From contig CANKOL010000009.1 of the NCBI GenBank assembly GCA_947483975.1, forward strand, positions 1 through 35,642: 35,642 nucleotides of DNA. Reading direction: 5' to 3'. How positions within the stretch are numbered: the stretch's first letter is position 1; every line of letters starts with the position of its first letter. The translations under genes and the position numbers were made by a program. Positions 17,561 to 27,900 of the stretch are shown here, in pieces. This DNA comes from Sandaracinaceae bacterium. GTDB taxonomy: Bacteria; Myxococcota_A; Polyangia; Polyangiales; JADJQN01. The notes under the pieces were generated by a model. That model had not been told where the DNA came from. It worked only from the letters and a program-made list of their open reading frames with translations, and made no database searches.

Positions 17561-18736
17561 ATGAACAGCCGTCGGCGTCGCACCCTTGCCCAGTACTTTC
17601 TGCTCATCCTTTGCGCTGCTGGCTGCGCTGATGGGACGCAACCCGCCCATCCAAGGCCGAGCGATGCCGGCACTGTCGACGCGGGTAACCGAGTAGACGG
17701 CGGCGCTCCGATCGACGGCAGCGCTGACGCGAACGCCGACGGCGCCCCTACCGATTCCGGCGTCGCCATCGAGGTCGATGCCAGCCCTGCGCTCGACGCC
17801 GGCTCTGGGGAGCTCTGCGGCAACGGCTTCGACGACGACGGGAACGGCCTCATCGACGAGGGCTGCGCCTGCGCGTCGGGCGCGACGCAGTTCTGCTTCC
17901 CTGGGAGTCCGGCCGAGGCCACGCACGGCAGCTGCCGAGTCGGTACACAGACGTGCATGGTCGCCGGAGAATTCTCCAGTTGGAGCGAGTGCGTCGGAGC
18001 CGTCGGTCCAGCAGCAGACGTGTGTGGAGATGGCCTCGACCAGGACTGCAATGGCGTGGTCGATGATGGCGCCGCGTGTTGCGCTGAGGGGACGTCAGAG
18101 ACCTGCTACGACGGGCCGGCCGGTACTGCCGGTGTCGGCGTCTGCCGCGCGGGCTCGCGACTCTGCGCGAGTGGCGCCTTTGGCGTCTGCGCGGGACAGC
18201 TGACGCCTTCCGCTGAGGTCTGCGGCAACTCCGCCGACGACAACTGCAACGGCAGCGTGGACGAAGGCTGCGTATGCACGCCGTCGACCTCGCGAATCTG
18301 TTATCCGTACGACGCGGCCCAAATCGGCCACGGCGTCTGTCGCTCCGGAACCGAGACGTGCGACGCATCCGGAACCGGCTATGGCGCATGCGCCGGGTAC
18401 GTCGGGCCGAGCACGGAGGTCTGCGGCAACTCCGTGGACGACAACTGCGATGGAAACACGGACGAGGGCTGCGTCACGTGCGCGCCCGGACCGGTGACCT
18501 GGCCGATCTCCGCCGCCGAGATGGCGTCCGGCGCGTCCGACCCGACGGGCGCTGGCGCGTGCAGCGGCACCGCGTACTGCACGGGTTCGACTTGCTACAC
18601 GACGCCACCCGGCGGCTGCGGCTCACCGCACTGCGCCACGCTCCGCTACGGCGACGGGCGCACGCACCTCGACTACTGCTCGGTCCGCGCGATCTGTACC
18701 GCTGCTGGGATCGTGGCGACTGGCTTCACCTGGTAG
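17561..18736 (+). CDS. Cys-rich lipoprotein with four putative metal-binding (MopE-like) repeats, 391 aa
   Basis: MNSRRRRTLAQYFLLILCAAG|C lipobox; DAG-rich linker; ELCGNGFDDDGNGLIDEGC, DVCGDGLDQDCNGVVDDG, EVCGNSADDNCNGSVDEGC and EVCGNSVDDNCDGNTDEGC alternate with C-x-x-G-x-x-x-C units. Confidence 0.85.
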   Translation: MNSRRRRTLAQYFLLILCAAGCADGTQPAHPRPSDAGTVDAGNRVDGGAPIDGSADANADGAPTDSGVAIEVDASPALDAGSGELCGNGFDDDGNGLIDEGCACASGATQFCFPGSPAEATHGSCRVGTQTCMVAGEFSSWSECVGAVGPAADVCGDGLDQDCNGVVDDGAACCAEGTSETCYDGPAGTAGVGVCRAGSRLCASGAFGVCAGQLTPSAEVCGNSADDNCNGSVDEGCVCTPSTSRICYPYDAAQIGHGVCRSGTETCDASGTGYGACAGYVGPSTEVCGNSVDDNCDGNTDEGCVTCAPGPVTWPISAAEMASGASDPTGAGACSGTAYCTGSTCYTTPPGGCGSPHCATLRYGDGRTHLDYCSVRAICTAAGIVATGFTW

Positions 18737-18981
18737 AGGTCGCCGCACACCCGGTCACACCATCGCGCCCCGACTGATCGGCTGAAACGCCGACGGTCAG
18801 GGCGCGAGTGCCGCCTCTGCACGTCGAGCGACCAGTCGTAGCGCACCGACTCGCCCCGAAACAACGGCTCCATCGCTGCGCCCACCGCGGCTCGCACGGG
18901 CGCACCTCCCGAGCCCTCAAGCCCGGTGCAGTACGCCCGTGGTGCAAGTGGAGCCCCCCGCGAGCAGGGGCGCGACCTCCC

Positions 18982-21900
18982 CTACCCGATGTTGATCTGA
19001 ATCCCGAGCGACTCACGCAAGCGGAAGTACTGCTCGCTCACGGAGAAGAGCACGAGCTCCTTGATCTTGTCCTTCGGCGGAAGATCCTGGGGGCCCGCGG
19101 ACGGCATGGACTGGATCATGCGGCCGGCGATCTCCAGGTCGTTGCAGATGAGGAAGCCCGCGCGGCACGCCGTGAGCTCCACCGACTGCATCCACTTCTT
19201 GACGTCACCGCGGCCGCCCGCGTCGACGAAGAGCTTCGCCACCTTGCGGAGCGACTCGAGGTTCGTCGGCGACAAGCGCGGCTGGAGCATCTGGGCCCAC
19301 TGATCGACCGCGGGATCGGCGGCTCCGAGGCCGACGAGGCGCAGCCCCGCGACGAGCGCGAGCTTCAGCTCCGGCTGCGATGGCAGCAGGCGCATGAGGT
19401 AGTGCTCGCCTCGGTAGAAGGCGAGATGGTGCGCCACGACGAACGTCAGGTCCTGCGGGTTGAAGCCGCTGAGCAGCGTCGAACCACACACCGACGCGAC
19501 CGGGTCGGACGGCGCATGGAGGAGGCCACCCGCGGACGCCGGCTTGAGGAAGAGGCGCGGCACGGGCAGCGACAGCACCTGACCGACGAAGCCGAAGGTC
19601 TTCGCGAAGGTGACGGTGCTGGTCGCGGGATCGACCTGCTCCTTCTTCACGAGCCCAAGCTGCTTGTCGTTCTGCACCTTGATGGCGAGCACGGCGGGCA
19701 GGACGGCCTCGAACATCTTGCCGATGTAGATGTCCTCTTCCGGATGGAAGAGGTCCTTCATGAAGCGCTCGTTGTCGAGGCGTGAGGTCGGCCGGATCAT
19801 GCCGCGATTGCGGTACTGCTCGTAGAACTGCGTCTGCTCCGCGTCCGCCTTCTTGAGGAAGACGAGCGTGCTCGCGAGACACCACGCCTTGTCGTAGGCG
19901 CGCGCATCGAAGTACAGCTTGTAGAGCGCGCGATACGAGTCGACTCGGTACGGGTCCTGGTTGAGCAGATACTGATGCTCGTCGATCGCGTCCTGGATAC
20001 GCGCCGGGATGAGCGCGTAGAGCTCCGCGAGGATCTGGTGCCCTGCGTGCTCATCGGGCTTGAGGCTCGAGGCCATCTTGAACGCCTCAGCCGCCGTCTC
20101 GAGCTTCTGCATGCGGTCGCGATAGATGACGCCGAGGTTGTGCCAGAGGTTCCACTCGAGGTCGATGTTCCCCTTGCCCACGATGCGCTTGATCATCTTG
20201 CGGAAGGCGCGCTCGAGCTGGCGCCAGTCCTTCTGCGTCGTCCAGATCTTGTTGATCGCCTCGAAAGGCTTCAGCTGCGTCGGGTCTAGATCGAGCGCCT
20301 CGTCGAACTTGGCGACCGCCTTCTCGGCGTCCTTCAGCTCATCGCGGATGATGACGCCGACCGTGTAGGCGTACTTCGCCTTGGCGAGCGGGCGCTCGTC
20401 GAGGTCCGCGACGCGCTGGATGATCTCCACCGCGCGGTCCCACATCTTCTGCTCTTGGTAGATCGCCAAGAGCTTGTGCAGGACGACGTGGTTCTTCGGC
20501 TGCAGCAGCGAGGCGTCGGCGTAGCTCTGCATCGCCTTCTGGGCGTTCTTGAGCTTGTCCTTCCAGAGGTCGCCGATCTCGTCGAGCAGCGTGAACTGCT
20601 CCGCCTCGCTCGCGACCTCGAGAATCAGCTTCTTGAAGTGGATGACCTGTTCCCACTCGTTGCCACCGGCGTGGAGACCGACGACCGCCTCGAGCGTGGG
20701 ACGGTGATGCCCGTCCTCCTCGAGGGCCTTGTCGAACATGTTGAGCGCCTTGCGACGCTCGCCCTGCTCACGCTTGATGACCCCGAGACGATAGAAGGTG
20801 TCCGTGACGTCGGACTTCTCGAGCGCGTCCTTGTGATGGACGAGGAGCATTTGATAGAACTTGAACGCCTTGTCCCAGTCCTTCATGCGGTAGCTCACCG
20901 CAGCGAGCCCCTGCAAAGACGGCAGGTGCTGCGGGTCGAGCGCGTTCGCGTTCGTGAATGCCTTGAGCGCGCGCTCGTCGTCGCCGAGCTCGGTCGCAGT
21001 GCGGCCGAACGCGAACCAGAGGTTGTGCGCCTCTGCCGTCGGACGCTTGTTGGCGCGCTTGACGAGCATGTCGAGCAGCGGCGCCGCCTTGGCCCATTCG
21101 CCGGTCTTGACGTAGTCGTCGACGAGCGGCATCGCCGCGTCTTCGTTGTCGGGATCCTGCTTCTGAGCCGCCTCGAAGCACTCGATGGCGCGCTCGTGCT
21201 CGTCGAGGCGCTGCGCGTAGATCTCGCCTAGTTCGACGAGGAGTTTGGAGACCTGACGCGCGTTCTGCGTGTACTGCGTCTCTTGCTCGAGCACCTTCGC
21301 TGCGGAGAGCCACTCGCCGTTGTCGACGTGGATCTTGCGCATCGCCTCGAGGGACGGCAGGTGGCCCGGCTCGACGTCGAGCGCGCTCTGATACTTGTCG
21401 ACGGCGCTCGCGCGGTCGCCTAGGCGCTCGTCGTAGAGCTTGCCCATGCGGAAGCGCAGGTCGACGAGCTGCTGCGGATCAGAGAGCCGCTTGCTGAGCT
21501 GCTCCATCATGTCGAGGGAGCCAGCGTGATCGCCGCGCTTGTCGTAGAGCCGGGCCAGCGCGTCGAGCGCCGGGATGTGATTCTCGTCGAGCGCGATCAG
21601 GTTCAGGTAGGCGTCGATCGCGCGGTCGGGATCGTTCTTCTCGTTGGCGTAGACGCCACCGATCTGCTCGTAGAGTTCAACCTTCTCGCGACGCCCGGAC
21701 GTCGAAGAAACGGTGCGCTCATAGGTGTTGATGAGGTCGTCCCAGCGCTGCAACTGCCGGTAGAGCCGCGCCAGGCCGCGCAACGACGGCTCGTGGCTCG
21801 GGTCGATGTCCACGACCTGCTCGAGGCGCTCCGCCGCCTTCTCGGGCTTGACGAAGAGCTCCTCCCACATCCCCGCGATGCGCGTGAGGATGTTGATGCG

Positions 21901-24900
21901 CTCCTTCTCGGTCTGTACGACCTCGTACTGCGCCTCGAGGACGCCGAGGAGATCCTGCCAGCGCTCGCGCAGGGTGTAGAGGCGCTCGAGCCCCTTCAGA
22001 CCCGTCAGGTTCTGCGGGTCGAGCTCGACCACCTGTCGATAGATGACGATCGCCTCGTCCGGATTCTGGAGGCGATCCTCGAGAACGTCGGCGATCTTCA
22101 GCCGTTCGTCGGTCTGTTCGACCGCGTCCGTCAGAGCGGCGAGCTTGCGGTTCAGGACCTGAAGCAGCTCAGCCCACTGCTGCCGGGCGCTGAAGATCCG
22201 CTCGAGGGCCGCGAGCGCGCCGAGGTGCGCGCTGTCGAATTCGAGCGCCTTCTGGTAGTAGTCCATCGCCTGGTCGGGAACGCCGAGTTGGTTCTCGGCG
22301 AGCTCGCCCATCTGCACGTAGACCGCCATCTTCTCGGTGGCGTCGCTGGTCATCTCGACGAGGCGCGTGAGCACCTGCGCGAGCGTCGGCCACTGCTGCG
22401 TTTGGCGATACAGATCCGCCATCTGACGCATCGCCGGCAGGTTCGCCGGGTCGAGCGCGAGGATCTGCTGGTAGTACGGGATCGCGTACTCGGGGTGCTT
22501 CAGCTCCGTCCCGTACCACTTGGCGCAGCGCAGGCAGATGGCGATCTTCAGCTGAGGATCGTCGACCTGCGGGAGCGCTTCGTTCGCGCTCTGCAGGAGC
22601 TCCGCCCACCGCTGCGTGAGCCCGGCGACACGCTCGAGTTCGGCGCTCGTCACGGGATCCGTGTAGTCCGAGGACCACGCGATCTGCAGGGTCTCGAACG
22701 CGTTGTTGCGGTCGTCGAGTTCCTTCTCGTAGACCTCGGCGATCTTGCGCAGGAGCACGACGCGCTCCCGCTCGTCCTCGGTCGCCTCGACGCGCGTGAA
22801 GTAGAGCGAGTTGAGGTCTTCCCAACGCGCGGCGGCACGATGAAGCTCCTCGAGTTGCTGGAACGCGAGGTCGTGGAGCGGCGAGAGGTCGAGGACTCGC
22901 TGGTATGCGCTCGTTCCGCGATCCTTGTCGGAGACCTGGGAATCCCAGGCCGACGCGATGGCGAGCAGCTCAGCGATCTTCGCATCGGAATCCTGAAGCA
23001 CCTCATAGCGGCGCTCCTTGATGGCGATGGCCTCCTCCCAGTTGCCCTGTTCGGACTGAATGCGCTCGAGCGCGTCGAGCGTGTCGAAGTTGCCGGCGTT
23101 CAGCTCGAGCGCCTTGCTGTAGGCGTCGACTGCGTCGGTCGGCTGCGAGAGCGTCGTCTCGAAGATCTTGCCGAGCTCGCGATAGACCGCCTCGAGCACC
23201 GCGTCTTCGAGCGTCGCCGCACCGACCTCGATGATGCGCTGCAACGCGTCGACGAGTTCGGAGCTCTGCTTGGCGTTGCGGTGGATCGTCGCGACCGCGA
23301 AGAGCGCCGTCGTGCTGGACGGATCGAGGTCGAGGACGCGCTCCCAAGCCTCGAGAGCGCTGCGGTCCTTCTGGAGCTTCTCGTACCAGATACGACCGAG
23401 ATCCGAGTAGATCGCCACGCGGGTTTCATCGTCGTCGACGACGTTGACCTCACGCTCGAGGATGTCGACGAGGTCGCGCCACTTCTCTTGCCCGGCGTAG
23501 ATGTCGCCGAGCGAGTTGAGCGCCTCTTGGTCCTCGCCTCGAAGGTCGAGCACCTTCTGCCAGAGGCCGACAGCCTGCTCCTTGTTGCCGATGTGGTCAG
23601 AGGCGAGGCGCGCCATCTTCGCAAAGACGTCGCTGCGAGCGCTATCTCCGCCGACGACCTCGAGCTCGCGCTCGAACGTCTGGAAGAGCGCGGGCCAATC
23701 GAGCAAGCGCGTGTAGACGCCCGCGAGCGCGGTGATGGCCTCGGAGTGCCGCGCGTCTACCTTGTCGAGCACACGCCGATAGGCAGCGATCGCCTCCTGC
23801 GGACGGTTGAGTTCGTTCTCGTAGACTTGCCCGAGGCGGTAGCCGAGTTCGACGAGATCCGGATGCTTGCTGTCGGTCGCCTCGAGGAGCGCGACGCGCT
23901 TCCGCAGCACCTCGGCGAGCGCCTCGTGAGCGCCGTTTTCCGCGTACAAGCGGTCGAGCGCCTCGAGCGACTCCCCATCGCCGGGGTCGGTCCCGAGGAC
24001 GAAGCGATAGGCCTCTTCGGCCTTGCCCACGTCCCCGAGCTGCGCCTCGTAGAGCACCGCGAGGCGGCGCCCGACGAAGACGCGCGTCTCCTTGTCGGAA
24101 GCGAAGGTCGGACTCTCGAGCACATCCGCGAGCGTCTGTGCAACGAGGGGCCACTGGTCGAGGATCTGCGCGAGGCGGTCGACCTGCGCGTTCGCGTGGT
24201 CGTCGCGCGGCGATTCGAGCAGCGCACGGAGCTCCCAGTCGAGCGCCGCCTGATGGTCGTTCGCGCGCTCCTCGGCGATCTCGGCGATCTTGTGCATCAT
24301 CGCGAGGCGCTCGGCGGCGTCAGCGATGTACGACAGTTGCACCGTATGGACGCCGATCAGGCGATCGTGCGCCTCCGACATCCGATAGAGCGGCTCGAGG
24401 ATCTCACCGATGACGAGTGGGCGCGCCCCGTCCGCGAAGAGGCCTTCGAGGGCACCGAGCGCGGGCGCGTGCTCGGGGGCAGCGCTCAGGATCTCGCGGA
24501 ACTGCTCGATCGCGCCGTCGATGTCGCTCAGGTGCGTCTGGAGCACCTCTCCCAGCCGGAACTGGAAGCTGAGGACGTCGTCAGGGCTATCCGCCGTCTG
24601 CACCTCGCGGCGCAAGATGCCCGCGAGGTCACTCCAGCGCTCGGTCGCCTCGTAGAGTCGGTCGAGCGCTTCGACTGCGCTGCGGTGGAGTTCATCCGCA
24701 CCGAGCACGATCGTGTACCGCGCGATGGCGGCGTCGACGTCGCCGGTCTGTACCTCGAAGATCTGGGCGAGGCGCAGGGCGGTCTCGATCAGGCGCTCCG
24801 CGTCGTTTGCAGCGCCCAGCTTCTCGACCTCGAGGTCGTACAGGCGCGTGACGTCGACCCACTTTGCCAGCGGATCCGCGAGCCGCTCGAGAGAGCCGAG

Positions 24901-27900
24901 CGTCGTCTCGTTCGCGTTGTCGATGGGCACGGCCCGCGCATAGGCGCCAAACGCGTGCTCAGCGTCGTCGAGCGCAGTCTCGTAGAGTTCTGCGACCGCG
25001 TGAAGCAGCTCGACCTTCCGAATCGGGTCGACTTCGTGCGCGATCTGCACCTCGTGGACGGCGATGAGCTTCGCCCACTCACCCGCCGCGCGGTAGACGG
25101 GCTCGAGCACACCCGCCGCAGCGAGCGGTTCGGTCCCCTCGGTGACCATCTGCTCGAGCGCCAGCAGCGTCGGCTCGTGGTCGGGCACGATCTCGAGGAT
25201 GTCTCGGTAGCCTTCGACGGCGCGCGTCGCGTCGCCGAGGTGCCGATGCCAGAGCTCCGCGATGCGGTAACGACACGAGATCACCTCGCTCGGATCGCTC
25301 GCGAGCTCAGCGCCGTGCTCCAGCACTGAGAGCAGCTCCTGCCAGTTGCCGCTCGCCTGATACAGCGCGTCGAGCCGCCCGATGGCAGTGACGTCGTCGG
25401 GGTCGATCTCGAGGATTCGCTGGTAGGTGTCGATGGCCTTGGCGCTGTCCCCGAGCTCACGCTCGTAGACCGCACCGACCTCGACGAGCAGCGCCTTCTT
25501 CTCGTCGGGATCCGAGACGACGTTCGCCTTGCGCGAGTAGACGAGCAGCAAGGGCTCCCACTGACCGAGCTTCAAATACAGCTCGATCAGCTTGTCCATC
25601 GCGCGAAGGTCTTCGCCGTCGACTTCGAGCACCTGCTGATAGACCGCGACCGCGTCCGTCGGCCGCTCGAGGAGCTCCTCGTAGATCGCCGCGCAGCGGA
25701 AGAGGTAGTCCTTCTGCTCCTCCGGCGATTCCAGCATCCTCGCCTTGACCAGGTAGATCTTGGCGAGCTCCTCGTACCGCTCGGCTGCCGCAAACAGGCG
25801 CTCGAGCGCCGTCGCCGCATCGAGATGCGCAGCGTCGAATTCAAGCACGCGCTGGTAGTGGCGAATCGCCGTCGCGGCGTCCCCGAGCTGCTCCTCTCGG
25901 ACCTCCGCCGCCTTGACGAGCAGGGCGGTCGCGAGCGAAGCCCCCTCACCTTCGGCTGCCGTGAGGAGGCGCTCCGCTTGAGTCTCGTAGACGTGGGCAA
26001 GCCCCTCGAAGTCGCCGGTCCCGCGCGCCAAGCGCTCGAGCTGCTCCTGCGTGGTGGCGTTGGACGGGTCCTCTGCGAGCGCCCGCGCGAACGACTGGAA
26101 GGCGCTCGGAAGATCGTCGACCGCGACCTCGAAGAGCTCCGCGATCGCGTGGAGCAGTTCGACGCGCTGATCGGGCGACGCCGCGTGGTTGACCTGAATC
26201 TCGTGAATCCCGATGAGCTTCGGGAACTCGTTCTGTTCTCGGTAGATCGGCTCGAGGATCTCGGCGATCACGACCTGGTGCTCTGGCTGCTGCACGAGGC
26301 GCTCGAGGGCCGCGAGGGCCGCCGGATTGGTCGGATCACCGGCAAGGACCTGCTGGTAGATCTCGACCGCCGCATCGACTGCACCCATGCGCGTCTCACG
26401 CAGGTCCGCGAGGCGAAGCTGCAGGGCGGTCTTGACCTCGGGGTCCTCGGCGTTCGTGAGCTGTCGACCGACGTTGTCGGCGAGGTCACTCCACATCAGC
26501 TGTCGCTCGAACAGGCCATCGAGCGCGCCGAGCGCGCGCTGGCTCATCGGATCGAGTCCGAGAATCTCCTGGTAGAGCGAGATCGCGTTCGCGGGCTCCT
26601 GTAGCCGCTGATCGTGAATCTGCGCCATCTGCTCGAGAAGCTCTTCTTGCGCGGTCGGCTCCGCCGAGAGTTCGACCTTGCGCCGAAGCACACCGAGCAG
26701 GTCGCGCCACCGCTCCGTGCGGCGATAGAGCGCGTCGAGGGCCGCGAGGACCTCGAGGTCGCCCGGATCTTGGTCGAGGACTTTGCCGTACGCCGCGACG
26801 GCTGCGTCGACGTCTCCGACGTTGGTCTCGTTGAGTTGCGCCGCCTTGACCCAGAGCGCTCGGGCGAGGTCCGGATCCGCCGCGCCGACAGTGCTCGCCA
26901 GCTCCGACACGAGCGCGACGAGCTGCGGAAACCGCTCCAGCACGCCCGCGAGGTGCTCGAGTTGTTCGAGGGTCTCGGCGCTTGCGGGCGCGCCGGTGAG
27001 CGCTCGTCCATAGGCGTCGAACGCGCGGTTTCCGTCGCCAATTTGCGACTGGCAGACCTCCGCGATCTTCGTGAGGAGCTCCAACTTGCGAGCCGGCTCG
27101 TCGGAGGCTGCGTGCAGCACCTCGAGTGCGCGAAGCAGGTTCTCCGCATCGCCCCGAATCTCGTAGATCGGCTCGAGAATCTCCGCGGCACTCGCCCCGA
27201 GCGCCGGGTCGACCAGCAGCGCCTCGAGCGCCTCGCGCGCCCCGTCGTGCTCGGGCATGAGCGACAGGATCTCTCGATAGAGCTCCACCGCTCGCGGCTT
27301 GTCCTCGAGATGCTGCTCGAGCGCGCGTGCGAGCCGGAACTTCAGCGAGGCGAGCTCCTGCTCGTCTGCCGGGTTCAGGTCGATGCGCCGCTCGAGTGCG
27401 GCGGCGAGGTCGGCCCATCGGCCCTGCGCCGCATAGAGAAGGTCGAGCGCACGATAGGCGTTGCCCTCGTCGTCACCGTACTCCGCGAGAATGCCGCGAT
27501 AGGCATCGATCGCCTCGTCCGGGCTCTGGAGTTCGTTCTCGTAGAGCGCGGCCATCTCGTACGCGAGCGTCTTGCGCGCGTCCGGATCCGTCTCGAGTTC
27601 GGCGCGGCGCGTATAGACCGCGTGGAGCTCCCGGAACTTGCCGGTGTGCCGATACAACTCGCCGAGTGCGGTCATCGCGGCGGTGTGATCGCTCTCCGCC
27701 TCCCAGACGCTCTTGTACTGCGCGATCGCGTCGTCGATCCGGCCGATCGAGGCGAGCACGCGGCCAAAACTCATGCGCAGATCGATGGCATCGTCGGGGC
27801 TCGCGGCCCTCGTGACAGCTGCTTCGTAGTGCGAGATGACCCTATCCCAGCCATCGACGCCGCCGGCGACTCGCTCGACGTCCTCACGCACGATCTCCGC

